Position numbers and translations under genes: made by a program
The notes under the pieces: generated by a model
Databases searched by the model: none
Seen by the model: only the letters and a program-made list of their open reading frames with translations
What the model was told of the DNA's origin: nothing
Shown: one piece after another, positions 23,235-37,632 of the stretch
Numbering within the stretch: the first letter of the stretch is position 1
Layout of the letters: every line of letters begins with the position of its first letter
Assembly (NCBI GenBank): GCA_000146045.2
Contig: BK006948.2
Span: forward strand, 704,001-768,000
From: TPA_inf: Saccharomyces
Lineage: Eukaryota
Direction: 5' to 3'
DNA length: 64,000 bases

Positions 23235-23505
23235 TCCCGCATATTGAATTGTTCAAAGTAATTAGACGTGTTACTAGGAAGGTCCTTCGTTAATATTGCT
23301 CTGTTAAATGTATCTTGACCCATAACATCAAATAGTAGTTATCATCTTCGACGAGTTTTGAAAAATTTTCTGAATTTTTTCTTCCGATGAGATGAGCATG
23401 ATATTTACAGAGAAAATAGAGAAACAGAATACTTGTACATGGGTAAATTCATTTATACTAATTTTTGAATTGTAAGAGAGATAGAGAAGGTCAACAATAG
23501 AATAA

Positions 23506-25644
<2,139 letters not shown>

Positions 25645-25741
25645 CAACTCAGCAAGATTTGATTTTTTGTCTTGAATTCAATAGTTAAGTCTATAAATGT
25701 GTAAAATAAAGAAAAGTCTTTTTTAAAGCGTATATATCATT

Positions 25742-25769
25742 GTGCTCACATGTGCTAACATGTGAGCAC
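25742..25769. repeat. Perfect 12-bp inverted repeat with a 4-bp spacer (gtgctcacatgt gcta acatgtgagcac).
   Basis: Seen directly. It lies 98 bp downstream of the NOC2 stop in the NOC2/RET1 convergent 3' region. Confidence 0.9.
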
Positions 25770-26007
25770 TCCAAGCTTTCTCTTGTCAGCTGGATATTTT
25801 TATATTTTGGCCGGTTTATGGATAGAAAACACGTCAAACGTTCGATGGATCTTATAAAAAGTAATGATGTAAAGCAAGGTACAAAAATGAAAGAAGTACG
25901 GTTTACTGTTATATAATTTTCGAAATCGTTCAACTCTCTTAAAGTTCCTCACGAAATAGATATGATTGCTAACATAACGCAAAATTTAGTACAAGATATA
26001 TGATTTC

Positions 26008-29000
26008 TTACTGCTGGAAGATATCTTCCAATCTTAATCTTGGGGCTATGTTCATGGATAATAATTCCTGGAATAACAGTTTTGCTGCATATGGAATAGT
26101 CATCTTAATAATATTCTCAGCACTTTTGCAGGTAGTACACCAACCACTATAGCCCATTAATCCACATTTATCGCAGACATCAACTTCAAAAGCATCTGAA
26201 CTAATCATCAACCTTTCTAACAGCAATTGTGAAGCACCATACGCGATTACACAATCCCTCTCCATCTCACCCAACCTCAGACCACCATCTCTAGATCTAC
26301 CCTCAGTTGGTTGACGTGTCAAAACAGCCCTTGGACCACGAGCTCTTGCATGCATCTTATCTAAGACCATATGCTTTAACTTTTGATAGTAAATGGGGCC
26401 AAAAAAGATGTAAGCCTGTAAACACTCACCTGTTATACCTGAATATAACATATCCTTACCGGAATAGTTGAAACCTTGGTCTACCAAAATCTTAGACATA
26501 TCTTCAAGTTTAGAACCACCAAAACAAGTACCATATTCCAATGTACCATTCAATACACCAGCTTTACCCGATATCAGTTCGATCATTTTACCCACAGTCA
26601 TACGAGATGGAAAACCGTGAGGGTTCATGATAATGTCTGGAACTATACCTTGATCGTTGAAGGGCATGTCTTCTTGCTTTACAATAATACCACAAACACC
26701 TTTTTGACCATGTCTAGAAGAAAATTTGTCACCTAATTCTGGCCTTCTGTTTTGTCTTAGCAAAACTTTGATTAAAGCTTGATCGTTATCCGAAACAGAC
26801 ATCATAACTTGGTCAATGTGAGAAGGTTCTGGACCTCTATATATTACCGGAGCTTCCCTATATTGAGTTTGGACGTTTACGTTGTTTGGGTTTGGGGCGT
26901 CTGCTGAGTTAGTTGGAACTGACTTATTTATATAAATTTGTCCACTTTGGACCTTCATACCCACCTCACCTAGACCATCAGGACCAAGAGATTGATGTTG
27001 CCAGATAGGATCTCCATTTTCATCAACTCTCATACCACCGATGATATCTTGGGTATGGTTCGCATATCTTTTCAAAACAGTGGTTGTCTTTCTACGTGTT
27101 TCGCAACGGCCGAAACCTCTATCGATGGATGACTTATTCAAAACCAAAGCATCTTCAATATCATAACCAGAATAGGACATGACAGCAACCGTAGCATTTT
27201 GACCAGCAGGTAATTTATCATAATCGATCAATTCAATTGTTTTGGTTTTCACCATTGGCTGTTGTGGATAAGTCATCAAGTATAATAATGTATCTATTCT
27301 CTTGAATTGATTGTAGGCGATTGCACCAATCGCTTGCTTACCCATCGCACATTGATATGTGTTACGAGGGGATTGGTTATGATGTGGATATGGAATTAAA
27401 CCAGCAACAGCACCTAAAATTGTGAATGGCTCGATTTCTAAATGTGTCATCGAGGGAACTATATCTTTTTCATACAATGCAATGTAAGAATCGTTTTCTT
27501 CATTGACATCTAAATATTCCACCAATCCGAGTTTCAAAAAATCATCGAAATCTAACTCACCATCTAATAATTTGCGTAAATGAATATCTTTCACGCGAGA
27601 TTGACCATCAGAAACAATGATTAATGGCCTACAAATTCTACCACCATCTGTTGCAATATGAACTGCCATTTGGTGAGAATTTGAATAAATTGAGATAAAC
27701 TCCGACACTTTACCTGTTCTTCTCAGATGTCTGAACTGAGTAACGAATTTTGTTGGGAATCTGATTGAACCAATTAAAGTACCATTCAAATAAACACCAT
27801 AGTTTAAATGCAAGGATGCACTGTCAATCAATGTTATGTCTTCTACACCAAGAACATAACATAATTTCTTTATAGGTTCCTCTTCGTCATCTGTAGTAAT
27901 ATGAGTCATTAATGCTAAATTTTTCACTAGACCACACGCCTCACCTTCTGGAGTATCTGCAGTACAAAGCATACCAAATTGAGAAGGTTGTAATGCTCTT
28001 GGACCGGAAACTTTTCTTGATTTTTCAAACTGAGAAGAAATTCTTGTCATCATACCCAATGCGGAAATATAAGATAGTCTGGAAAGAACATGTGTAACAC
28101 CCGCTCTTTCCATCTTAAATCTTTTAAGAGACCAATTACCGGTTGAGATAGCTCTGTTCAGTCCGCTGGTGATGTTATTTGAATGGACGTTAATTGACAA
28201 TAATGCATCGTATTCCATAGCCCTATTTGGTTTTTTCAAGACCTTATCAATGCTTAGTTTAAAATCATTATTAAACTTTTTGAACAAATCTTCGAACAAT
28301 AAAGAAATCAATTGGCCTGCTAATTCAAGACGTTTATTACCAACATAATCTCTATCATCAATCATCTTAGGGTTATACATTGCCATCACCACCCTGCGCG
28401 TCATCATGGCAATATATAAAGCCTTTTCTCTAAAGTCAAGGGCTTCCACAGTCAAATGTGCAATAACCGTGGTAGCAATGGCCTCTATACCCTCTTGCAG
28501 GATAGTCAGTTTTTGCCTTCTCATTGTCTTTACTTTTGCACCAATATACTCTAAAGCTTGCTGTTGTGTGTAAATATCTAATTTCGAAGATTCTTCCAAA
28601 TTGACTGCAAAAATATCTTGGTAGCTACTATCATTACCGCAAACCAATTGCATAATTTCTAAATCTGATAAAATACCACAGGCTTTGAGAACAATAGCAA
28701 TAGGAATTTCTTCAGCGATGGAATTGTGCTTCAAATAGATCTTGCCATTTTTGGTAATGACATAAGTCTTAGATTTTCTTTCATGGGTAGATGAAGTAAC
28801 GGAGGCCTGAACAATGCCTTTCTTCTCATCTGCCTCCACAATAATACGATTCTTGGATAATTGTTCTTGAACAAGAATTACTTTTTCGGTACCGTTAACA
28901 ATAAAGTAACCACCAGGATCCAACGGACACTCGTTTAATTTAGCCATTTTCGATTCATCAGCATCATATAGGATACATTTATTAGATCTCAGCATGATCG

Positions 29001-29457
29001 GCATCCTACCAATTTCCACGTCTTTATGCATAATAATGTTTCTACCTCTAGTGTATTCTATATCCACGTAGATTGGTGCAGAGTATGTCATATCTCTAAG
29101 CCTACACTCATGAGGCGGAGTCAAATAATCTTTTGTCGAAGAAGAGGACTTCTTACCCACTCTAATATCGACGTACTTCAGGTAGAATTCTGGATCAACA
29201 TCACTCAAAATTAATTGATTTGCCTTTATAATTTTTTTTAAATCTGTATCAACGAAGTAGTTAAATGAGTCAAGATGTTGCTTCACCAAACCTTTAACCT
29301 TCAAGAATGCTGGTAAAAGGTGCCACTTATCCTGAGCAGTATTGATTTCATCAGTTAGTTTCTTACCTTTATATACTGGTTTCAATAAATCATCAAAAGC
29401 CTCGTCTTTCACATGCTTATGTATATGAGTTTTCCGTCTTTTTGTCGCAGCAACCAT
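26008..29457 (-). CDS. RET1: RNA polymerase III second-largest subunit (C128), 1149 aa.
   Basis: It has the bacterial beta-like conserved blocks [12 protein letters not shown] and PFxxxGxxPDxxxNP and a C-terminal zinc ribbon CDKCG...CTTC. Confidence 0.93.
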   Translation of the reverse strand: MVAATKRRKTHIHKHVKDEAFDDLLKPVYKGKKLTDEINTAQDKWHLLPAFLKVKGLVKQHLDSFNYFVDTDLKKIIKANQLILSDVDPEFYLKYVDIRVGKKSSSSTKDYLTPPHECRLRDMTYSAPIYVDIEYTRGRNIIMHKDVEIGRMPIMLRSNKCILYDADESKMAKLNECPLDPGGYFIVNGTEKVILVQEQLSKNRIIVEADEKKGIVQASVTSSTHERKSKTYVITKNGKIYLKHNSIAEEIPIAIVLKACGILSDLEIMQLVCGNDSSYQDIFAVNLEESSKLDIYTQQQALEYIGAKVKTMRRQKLTILQEGIEAIATTVIAHLTVEALDFREKALYIAMMTRRVVMAMYNPKMIDDRDYVGNKRLELAGQLISLLFEDLFKKFNNDFKLSIDKVLKKPNRAMEYDALLSINVHSNNITSGLNRAISTGNWSLKRFKMERAGVTHVLSRLSYISALGMMTRISSQFEKSRKVSGPRALQPSQFGMLCTADTPEGEACGLVKNLALMTHITTDDEEEPIKKLCYVLGVEDITLIDSASLHLNYGVYLNGTLIGSIRFPTKFVTQFRHLRRTGKVSEFISIYSNSHQMAVHIATDGGRICRPLIIVSDGQSRVKDIHLRKLLDGELDFDDFLKLGLVEYLDVNEENDSYIALYEKDIVPSMTHLEIEPFTILGAVAGLIPYPHHNQSPRNTYQCAMGKQAIGAIAYNQFKRIDTLLYLMTYPQQPMVKTKTIELIDYDKLPAGQNATVAVMSYSGYDIEDALVLNKSSIDRGFGRCETRRKTTTVLKRYANHTQDIIGGMRVDENGDPIWQHQSLGPDGLGEVGMKVQSGQIYINKSVPTNSADAPNPNNVNVQTQYREAPVIYRGPEPSHIDQVMMSVSDNDQALIKVLLRQNRRPELGDKFSSRHGQKGVCGIIVKQEDMPFNDQGIVPDIIMNPHGFPSRMTVGKMIELISGKAGVLNGTLEYGTCFGGSKLEDMSKILVDQGFNYSGKDMLYSGITGECLQAYIFFGPIYYQKLKHMVLDKMHARARGPRAVLTRQPTEGRSRDGGLRLGEMERDCVIAYGASQLLLERLMISSDAFEVDVCDKCGLMGYSGWCTTCKSAENIIKMTIPYAAKLLFQELLSMNIAPRLRLEDIFQQ

Positions 29458-29924
29458 TTTTCAACAAGCACTAAGTCCCTAGCGATTAAAACGCTCAATT
29501 ATCAACACTTTAAACTCCCTTTAATTCTTTCCTAACTTGTCCATATATCATCACTTAAGCATAGATCGAAAAATTTTCAGCTCATCTCACAATTACAATT
29601 TCGTCCGACGTGATCTGGAAAATACGCGCCTGCTTTATGGAACTATTTATATCTTTATGTGTAGTACACCTAACAATAAGGAATATATAAAAATAATGCA
29701 CCTATTAAAACCTTTGGGAAGTGCCAACTTTGAATCATCATCTTTCTTTGAACACCGCGCTGCGACCTTTGACAAGAAAGACGAGATCACTCAACCTGAC
29801 AGACCCGATTCCCCTGGTTCCCCTCTTCCGCTTTGCACAGCCCTTTTCGCTTAGTTTGGAAGCCTAGGTCCGATCCCCAGTGCTATTAATAGTTTACAAT
29901 AAAATAGGATCGACGTTGCTATTG

Positions 29925-32177
29925 ATGGATCGCATAGCACAGCAATATCGTAATGGCAAAAGAGACAATAACGGCAATAGAATGGCTTCTTCCGCTATAT
30001 CGGAAAAGGGCCACATACAAGTCAATCAAACTAGAACACCTGGTCAAATGCCCGTCTATAGAGGTGAAACTATAAATCTGTCTAACCTTCCCCAAAATCA
30101 AATTAAACCGTGCAAAGATTTGGACGACGTTAACATACGGCGGAACAACTCTAATAGGCATTCTAAAATACTTTTACTAGATCTGTGCGCTGGCCCCAAT
30201 ACCAACTCATTTTTAGGCAATACCAATGCTAAGGATATCACAGTTTTATCGTTGCCGCTACCCAGCACTTTGGTGAAAAGGTCGAACTACCCGTTCGAGA
30301 ACTTACTAAAGAATTACCTTGGATCTGATGAAAAGTATATTGAGTTCACAAAGATCATCAAAGATTATGATATTTTCATTTTCAGTGATTCGTTTAGCAG
30401 AATTTCGAGTTGTTTAAAGACAACTTTTTGCCTCATTGAGAAGTTTAAAAAGTTCATCTGCCATTTTTTTCCATCTCCTTATTTGAAATTCTTTCTTCTC
30501 GAAGGCTCTCTGAATGATAGCAAGGCCCCCTCATTAGGAAAAAATAAGAAAAATTGCATCTTGCCCAAATTGGATTTGAACTTGAATGTAAACTTAACTT
30601 CAAGGTCAACTTTAAATTTAAGAATAAACATACCTCCACCCAATGATTCAAATAAAATATTTTTACAGTCTCTGAAAAAGGATCTAATTCATTATTCTCC
30701 TAATTCTTTGCAAAAGTTTTTCCAATTCAATATGCCTGCTGACTTAGCACCTAACGACACGATTTTACCGAATTGGCTAAAATTCTGCTCCGTAAAAGAA
30801 AATGAAAAGGTAATATTAAAGAAACTCTTTAACAATTTTGAAACTTTAGAAAATTTTGAAATGCAAAGATTAGAGAAATGCCTGAAATTCAAGAAAAAGC
30901 CTTTACATCAAAAGCAGCTATCACAAAAGCAGAGGGGTCCGCAATCCACGGATGATTCAAAATTATATTCTTTAACTAGTTTGCAACGACAGTATAAAAG
31001 TTCTTTGAAAAGCAACATACAGAAAAATCAAAAGCTAAAATTAATTATACCAAAAAACAACACATCTTCTTCGCCATCACCATTATCTTCCGATGATACT
31101 ATAATGTCACCAATAAATGATTACGAACTTACTGAAGGAATTCAGTCTTTTACTAAGAATAGATATTCTAATATCTTACCTTACGAACATTCAAGAGTAA
31201 AGTTACCTCACTCCCCGAAACCACCTGCAGTTTCTGAAGCATCCACAACCGAAACTAAAACAGATAAGTCATATCCGATGTGTCCCGTAGATGCAAAAAA
31301 CCACTCCTGCAAACCGAACGACTATATCAATGCGAACTATTTGAAGCTCACGCAAATTAATCCTGATTTCAAGTATATTGCTACCCAAGCTCCGCTTCCT
31401 TCTACGATGGATGATTTTTGGAAGGTTATTACTTTAAATAAAGTTAAAGTAATAATATCATTGAATTCTGACGATGAATTGAATTTAAGAAAATGGGATA
31501 TTTACTGGAATAATCTGTCATATTCCAACCACACTATCAAACTTCAGAACACCTGGGAGAATATTTGCAATATTAATGGCTGTGTTCTCAGAGTCTTTCA
31601 AGTCAAGAAAACAGCTCCACAAAATGATAATATCAGTCAAGATTGTGACCTTCCGCATAATGGTGACCTTACTTCCATTACCATGGCTGTATCCGAGCCG
31701 TTTATTGTTTACCAATTACAATACAAGAATTGGTTAGATTCATGCGGCGTAGATATGAATGACATCATTAAACTACACAAAGTCAAAAATTCGTTATTGT
31801 TTAACCCGCAAAGTTTTATTACAAGCCTCGAAAAGGATGTTTGCAAGCCTGATTTGATAGATGATAATAATAGTGAGTTACATCTCGATACAGCAAATTC
31901 ATCGCCACTATTAGTCCATTGTTCTGCAGGGTGTGGAAGAACAGGTGTTTTCGTTACCTTGGATTTCCTACTAAGTATTCTTTCACCTACAACAAATCAC
32001 TCAAACAAGATTGATGTTTGGAATATGACTCAGGACCTTATCTTTATCATAGTGAATGAATTAAGAAAGCAAAGGATTTCAATGGTACAGAATCTAACTC
32101 AATATATCGCTTGTTATGAGGCATTATTAAATTATTTTGCCCTGCAAAAGCAGATAAAGAACGCGTTACCTTGTTAA
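29925..32177 (+). CDS. PTP2: Protein tyrosine phosphatase (Hog1 MAPK phosphatase), 750 aa.
   Basis: The PTP signature VHCSAGCGRTG is in the C-terminal catalytic domain. The track start at 29880 is a GTG, and the known protein starts MDRIAQQYRNGKRD at 29925. Confidence 0.9.
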   Translation: MDRIAQQYRNGKRDNNGNRMASSAISEKGHIQVNQTRTPGQMPVYRGETINLSNLPQNQIKPCKDLDDVNIRRNNSNRHSKILLLDLCAGPNTNSFLGNTNAKDITVLSLPLPSTLVKRSNYPFENLLKNYLGSDEKYIEFTKIIKDYDIFIFSDSFSRISSCLKTTFCLIEKFKKFICHFFPSPYLKFFLLEGSLNDSKAPSLGKNKKNCILPKLDLNLNVNLTSRSTLNLRINIPPPNDSNKIFLQSLKKDLIHYSPNSLQKFFQFNMPADLAPNDTILPNWLKFCSVKENEKVILKKLFNNFETLENFEMQRLEKCLKFKKKPLHQKQLSQKQRGPQSTDDSKLYSLTSLQRQYKSSLKSNIQKNQKLKLIIPKNNTSSSPSPLSSDDTIMSPINDYELTEGIQSFTKNRYSNILPYEHSRVKLPHSPKPPAVSEASTTETKTDKSYPMCPVDAKNHSCKPNDYINANYLKLTQINPDFKYIATQAPLPSTMDDFWKVITLNKVKVIISLNSDDELNLRKWDIYWNNLSYSNHTIKLQNTWENICNINGCVLRVFQVKKTAPQNDNISQDCDLPHNGDLTSITMAVSEPFIVYQLQYKNWLDSCGVDMNDIIKLHKVKNSLLFNPQSFITSLEKDVCKPDLIDDNNSELHLDTANSSPLLVHCSAGCGRTGVFVTLDFLLSILSPTTNHSNKIDVWNMTQDLIFIIVNELRKQRISMVQNLTQYIACYEALLNYFALQKQIKNALPC

Positions 32178-32436
32178 TAGAATTGTTTTTCTCCTATTAT
32201 ACAAACACTTTTCGTTTTGATAAATTACATAACCTCTCGTTGCATTTTATTTCATTATATAGATACATTAAAAATAAAAAAAAATAAATCTACAATTAAC
32301 AATCTCCTCATAAAGAAACACGGGTTTTTTTACGTACTCGCAACTTCATATAATGTTTTATTTTTGCGATATCAGCTGCATATCTATATGTCATATTTAT
32401 AAAATCGCAGAGATGTCAGTACCCATAACTGAATAA

Positions 32437-33726
32437 TTAGGTCCATCTGTGCGCTTCGTTATCACCACTCCAACTTCGTTCAGTATATCCCAATTCCTCT
32501 TTCACTCTCTTCACAGTGGCAGGATCTCCCATATTTTTACCTAAGTTATCAGAAATTTTGATAGCGTGATTACCATTTACTTCTAATAGTTTGATAACGA
32601 TGTTTAACGGCTCACTTTTAACCTGGGGTTCTGACTTCTTACGAAAATCATTAGTAAAGTTTGTGCCAATACCGAATGTGGCTAGCATTCCATTCTCTTT
32701 AGCTGCATGGGAGTAAGTTATTGCCTTTTCGACGTTCAAAGAATCGGAATAACAGATAATCTTCGAGAATTTAGGCAATTTCAACACGTCATGGTAATGG
32801 TGGGAAATCTTTTTGGTATACTCAACTGGGTCTCCAGAATCTTGTCTAACACCGACGTAAGCATCAGAATATGGTGGACGGAATGATTTTAAAAAGTCAT
32901 CAGTTCCAAAAGTATCCGTTAATGCTAAACCAGCATTTTTTGCACCAAAAGTATTGATCCAACAATCCATTGCATTTTTATTGGCATGCAAATAATCTTC
33001 ACTAATAGAAGCGACTCCCATAACCCACTCGTGAGCCACAGTACCGATTGGCTTGACTCCATATTTCTTGGCAAATAAAATATTTGATGTGCCTAATAAT
33101 AGCGATTTGTTTCTGTCTGGGTTACCGTTCACAGCTTTCATGATTCCTTGCATAATTAGATCTTGAGCCTTCAGAGATCTACGACGTCTTGTACCAAATT
33201 CACTGAATCTAATACCATTATCAAACAAAGTTTCCGCCTTCTTCTCAGCTTGTTCTAATTGGTTTTCGTAGTCCCAGTCGATGTCAACAAATTTAAAATA
33301 CGCTTCTGATATTAGGGACAGTAAGGGGATCTCATAAAGGATAGTATCCTTCCAACTACCACTGACTAAAATTTTCAATTTGTAGTGGGTGGGCTTGCCC
33401 TCGATTTCTTCTGAAGTGAAGGAAATCTGCTCTTCAGGGTGTAGTTTGTAATTAGAACTGCTAATATACTTAATATATGCCGATGGCAAATATGGGATTT
33501 CCTGTTTTAAGTATTCAATTTCCTCTTCTGTGAACCTCAAATTTCCCAAATACGAAAATTGCTCTTTCAACCAATTAATGGCTTCCTTATTGAAGGTCAA
33601 TTGGGACGACCTGTTGGTATATTTATAAGTAACTGTAACATCTGGAAAATTAGTGAAGACAGCAGCATGCATCGTAATCTTGTACATGTCTGTGTCCAAA
33701 AGAGACTTTATCACTGGTTCTGACAT
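32437..33726 (-). CDS. NPT1: Nicotinate phosphoribosyltransferase (NAD salvage), 429 aa.
   Basis: It belongs to the NAPRTase family, MSEPVIKSLLDTDMYKITMHAAV.... The track ORF extends 10 codons upstream to 33756, and the known protein starts at the ATG at 33726. Confidence 0.88.
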   Translation of the reverse strand: MSEPVIKSLLDTDMYKITMHAAVFTNFPDVTVTYKYTNRSSQLTFNKEAINWLKEQFSYLGNLRFTEEEIEYLKQEIPYLPSAYIKYISSSNYKLHPEEQISFTSEEIEGKPTHYKLKILVSGSWKDTILYEIPLLSLISEAYFKFVDIDWDYENQLEQAEKKAETLFDNGIRFSEFGTRRRRSLKAQDLIMQGIMKAVNGNPDRNKSLLLGTSNILFAKKYGVKPIGTVAHEWVMGVASISEDYLHANKNAMDCWINTFGAKNAGLALTDTFGTDDFLKSFRPPYSDAYVGVRQDSGDPVEYTKKISHHYHDVLKLPKFSKIICYSDSLNVEKAITYSHAAKENGMLATFGIGTNFTNDFRKKSEPQVKSEPLNIVIKLLEVNGNHAIKISDNLGKNMGDPATVKRVKEELGYTERSWSGDNEAHRWT

Positions 33727-34319
33727 GGTTATCTTGCTTGGCGAAAATAGGTACAAAAGGCTAAATCCACCTTTCTTCTAAAATATTATCTACCGTTTGT
33801 TTCCTTACAGTGACGAATTGAAACAAAAAAACTGATGGGATCCAATTTACGTTTCGATAACTGTTGAAAGGCTCGTCATTTTGGTTAGTCAAAGACAACA
33901 ATTCTTTCATTTGCGAGTTTTTCCAGTCTTATAAGAACGGATCTGACGAATTTTTCACCCAGGCGCAGCAGCCATTTTTGTTGATATTTTGACGAATTTA
34001 CAACGTAAAAAAGTAAGATGAAGGGTTCATATATGCAAAAGCAGACCTGATAAATCTTTTCATATTCTTGAGGTTTTTAAGCCCAAAATAAGCTACTATC
34101 AGCACTCCGATGGCTACTACACTGGAAGTGTCAGCAATTGAGAACACAAAGATCACGTTGAACGAAAAGTAATTTCTCACTCGTTGTATTTGGTAAAAAA
34201 AATTTCATAAGAAAAAAAAAAAGAAACATTGAATAAAATCACAATGGGATGATAGTTAAAGTGTATTCAAACTGTAGAGTGTAGAACGTAAACCTCAATA
34301 AGCAAAATAATAATACAAA

Positions 34320-34532
34320 ATGATTGTCCCAGTCAGATGTTTCTCATGCGGTAAAGTTGTTGGTGACAAGTGGGAAAGCTACTTAAACTTGTTGCAAGAA
34401 GATGAGTTGGATGAAGGTACTGCATTGTCAAGATTAGGTCTAAAAAGATACTGCTGTAGAAGAATGATTCTAACCCACGTCGATCTTATTGAAAAGTTTT
34501 TAAGATACAACCCATTAGAAAAAAGAGATTAA
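34320..34532 (+). CDS. RPB10: RNA polymerase I/II/III common subunit ABC10-beta, 70 aa.
   Basis: [70 protein letters not shown] is an exact recognisable sequence with a CxxC...CC zinc bundle. Confidence 0.96.
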
Positions 34533-34923
34533 GTGTTCCTCAATATGGCTGTTTTTGAACTTTTCTTTTCCTTGATGGATGAAAAAAAAAAGATGAGAGC
34601 GGTCATGAATATAGAAACGATAACCATTTATTCTCACACACTAAAAGAACTACACGACAACCAGATGTGTCTCTGCATACTGTAGGAATACCATTCTCTT
34701 CCAAAATAATAGAAAATAATATATATATATCTTTTGTTTACTCTTCAAGACGATAAAGGAAGTATGTAGATGTTACATCGTGCGATATAAGAGACTTGTA
34801 TACTATAAGAAAGAGCTTAGATGAAGGGTATGCCTTTATTTTTTCAGAAAAATACACCCTAGTAATTATATAACGGTAAAAAATGCTATTTACAAATTCT
34901 CTAATGACACTATTTATTTTACA

Positions 34924-37632
34924 TCATAAATTTTTGGAGACGCCCTTGTAGCTTTTCTTGAAAACCAAGATTGAATCTATTTTCTCCAAGGCTAATTCTA
35001 ACAGCTCCTTTCTCTTTTGCAATTCAATATGCCTTGAAATCTTCGGATCTTCCTTAGCAAACATTTCCACTTGTTCATCTCCCAACAATGTTAACCTTCT
35101 GTCTAATTCAATAGGGAAGTTATAAAAAAAATCGCTTAATAATTCAACGTTAAGGAATAAAACAGCTGTGGAGGTCAATTTATCACTAACTGCAGATAGA
35201 AATACCTCTGGACAACGATCCTTCTCAATTGTCGAATGACATTTGTTTTTCAACATTTTTAATCTGAACGATAACACTTTGCACCTTTTATCCAGGAAAA
35301 TAGCTTCAGAGCCTCTTTCCAATAGTAATTTGGACATGCCGAGTGTTTCTTTTTGCAAATTTGATTCATTTTCTAAATAGCCCATTACATTTGCTAATTT
35401 CTTACTGCCAACGGCATTTTTGATTGCCTGGTACCTTGAGTTACATTGACGTAATTCTTCCTTTATTAAATTAATGGAATGTTGACGAGCAAGGCTCCAG
35501 TCTCTTTCTTCCAAATCAATTTCATACTTGAAGGGTTTGATACAGTTCTCAACTTGATCAGCCGTTGAATAGTATTTACTGTTTAGAACGTTAATGGCTG
35601 TATTGCTAACAAGGTCTTTGATCAGTTCATGGTTTTTTAGTTGAGTAGACTCCAGAATGTTATCTAGCTCCTTTAAAATTGCATTGGTAGTAAGCATTGT
35701 AGATAATCTACCAATGCCCATTTTAGTTAAGCCGGATGATGCGAGTTCCAATTTTTTATGCCAATATAGCATATCGGTATCACTTTCCAGCTTAGAGGAA
35801 GATAGATCCTGAAGATTATCATCCTTCCAATACCGTGTAGCCAAAACATCTAAAACTTTCTGATCCAATTCTGCTCTCAAGATTGATTTCAGTTCATTTC
35901 TATGAAATTTTTCCTGAAACTCTTTAATACCCAACTTTAGTACATCTATATTATTCAAAAGGTATGATTTAGGAGTTAGATGCCTGTCGTTAAACTCTAC
36001 TTTAAACAAATAAGAAGTATCATCCAACTCTTGTTGAATAAGTGTTGAAGTCGGCTCCAGCGCATTTGACATGGAAATCTCCAAGATTTTGATCAACTTT
36101 TCTCTCAATTTCTTAGTGGAAACTTGGCAATTGGTAAAATACTTTTTGTTTTCTTTGAAATAAGCTTTTTCAAATTGATGAGACACAATTTGTTTTAAAC
36201 CATTGGTATTTTCTTCTCCGCTACTTTGGCCGTGCTGGCCTTTTGAAAATATCCCACTTAATGACGAAGAAGGTGCTTCACCGAAAAGACCTAGGTGTTT
36301 TCTGTTTATACTACTTGGTGTCTTAGTAATCACTCCTACATAGCCCATACTGAGAGGATATTTTTTATTATTCAAGATGCTTCTTGCTTTTTCAGGATCC
36401 ACCAAATCCAGTTTGGTAATGACACCTATCGTTCTCAAGCCTTTAGGATCTGCCGCTTTAGAAGCTTTCAAAGCAGAACTATTAGCCAGGTCAACATCCG
36501 CAGCAGAAATTGCTAAAATAATATTAGGTGCAGTCAAATATTTTTCGCAGAGGTCACGGATTTTTGTTTTCAGTTCTATTGGCTGGTCTGCCGCTTCCAC
36601 TTGTATATAGCCAGGTAGATCCACCAATGATAAATCTGGAACGCGGGACGATTTGATTGTCAATTGAATAGGCTCCTCTGAAACAGCCTCTGAAGTCGGA
36701 ACGGCCATGTTCAGTTCCATTAGCATTCTTTTCACCTCTTTAAAGTCCTTGATATTGTATAGACGCATGCTTGGAAAATCAGCTGTTACATTATTCGAGT
36801 TAGGTGTATTGACCAAAGTCAATTCAATGGGTCTTCTTGTGACCATGTTGGAACCTTTTGGTAAGAATTCCCTCCCAACAATGGATTCTAGTACTGAGGA
36901 TTTACCAGACGATTGTGAACCTATCACGACAATAGATGGTAAAGTTAAATGTGCAGAAGAAGAGTCCACTTTATTCAAAATAGTTCTAATTTCAATCATT
37001 TGTTTGGTTAAGTTTAACATTTCGTCTTGCGTTGTATCTACAGAATCGTTTTCATCATCCTCGTCATCATCATCTTCGTCGTCATCATCTTTAGGATCTC
37101 CTTGCCTCTTACTTTCGTCATCGTCGAGTGATGTAGCGGCTATTAGAGTAGCAGTTGGCACCGTTCCATCGTTTCCATGACCACCGTCTTGTGACTTATC
37201 ACCGGAAAACATTTTATTAAACTTTTCCTTCATCGATTCACCTAAATCCTTGATTCGATCTAGTTTGTCCTTAGTAAAAGAGCTAGCTTCTTCCATCTTA
37301 TAAGCTATATAACTCCCTGCAGCAGCCATCCCGCCACCCACATATATGGGTAACCTAATAATTTTAGATATAATTTTAGGAAAATGTGATATCGATCTCC
37401 TGGTGATAACAAAACTCAAAGCATTGGCATGTGCTGATCTGTGAACATTGCTCATGCGGCTGTGTAAGTGCACCAACGGACTTTTGATGTAAGGAGAGCT
37501 ATATAGTATCGCCGGATGCGTAGCAAGCTGTCTTCTCAGAATTAAAAGCCGTACTGGGCTCGCATTCATCCTTACTAATGTGTTATAGTTCGCCACTCTT
37601 GGGATGGCCCTTAATGAAGTAGAATTACTCAT
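34924..37632 (-). CDS. MGM1: Mitochondrial inner-membrane dynamin-like fusion GTPase (OPA1 orthologue).
   Basis: It has the G1 motif GSQSSGKSS, a dynamin GTPase domain, an N-terminal presequence, a hydrophobic stop-transfer segment (IYVGGGMAAAGSYIAY), and an acidic D/E tract. The open frame from the ATG at 37632 gives 902 aa. An alternative start at the M22 ATG (37569) would give 881 aa. Confidence 0.9.
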   Translation of the reverse strand: MSNSTSLRAIPRVANYNTLVRMNASPVRLLILRRQLATHPAILYSSPYIKSPLVHLHSRMSNVHRSAHANALSFVITRRSISHFPKIISKIIRLPIYVGGGMAAAGSYIAYKMEEASSFTKDKLDRIKDLGESMKEKFNKMFSGDKSQDGGHGNDGTVPTATLIAATSLDDDESKRQGDPKDDDDEDDDDEDDENDSVDTTQDEMLNLTKQMIEIRTILNKVDSSSAHLTLPSIVVIGSQSSGKSSVLESIVGREFLPKGSNMVTRRPIELTLVNTPNSNNVTADFPSMRLYNIKDFKEVKRMLMELNMAVPTSEAVSEEPIQLTIKSSRVPDLSLVDLPGYIQVEAADQPIELKTKIRDLCEKYLTAPNIILAISAADVDLANSSALKASKAADPKGLRTIGVITKLDLVDPEKARSILNNKKYPLSMGYVGVITKTPSSINRKHLGLFGEAPSSSLSGIFSKGQHGQSSGEENTNGLKQIVSHQFEKAYFKENKKYFTNCQVSTKKLREKLIKILEISMSNALEPTSTLIQQELDDTSYLFKVEFNDRHLTPKSYLLNNIDVLKLGIKEFQEKFHRNELKSILRAELDQKVLDVLATRYWKDDNLQDLSSSKLESDTDMLYWHKKLELASSGLTKMGIGRLSTMLTTNAILKELDNILESTQLKNHELIKDLVSNTAINVLNSKYYSTADQVENCIKPFKYEIDLEERDWSLARQHSINLIKEELRQCNSRYQAIKNAVGSKKLANVMGYLENESNLQKETLGMSKLLLERGSEAIFLDKRCKVLSFRLKMLKNKCHSTIEKDRCPEVFLSAVSDKLTSTAVLFLNVELLSDFFYNFPIELDRRLTLLGDEQVEMFAKEDPKISRHIELQKRKELLELALEKIDSILVFKKSYKGVSKNL

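Noticed and set aside
33998-34180. 60-aa hydrophobic minus-strand ORF in the NPT1/RPB10 divergent promoter.
   Set aside because: It is too short, lies in a promoter region, and has no support beyond being open. It cannot be distinguished from chance in AT-rich DNA.
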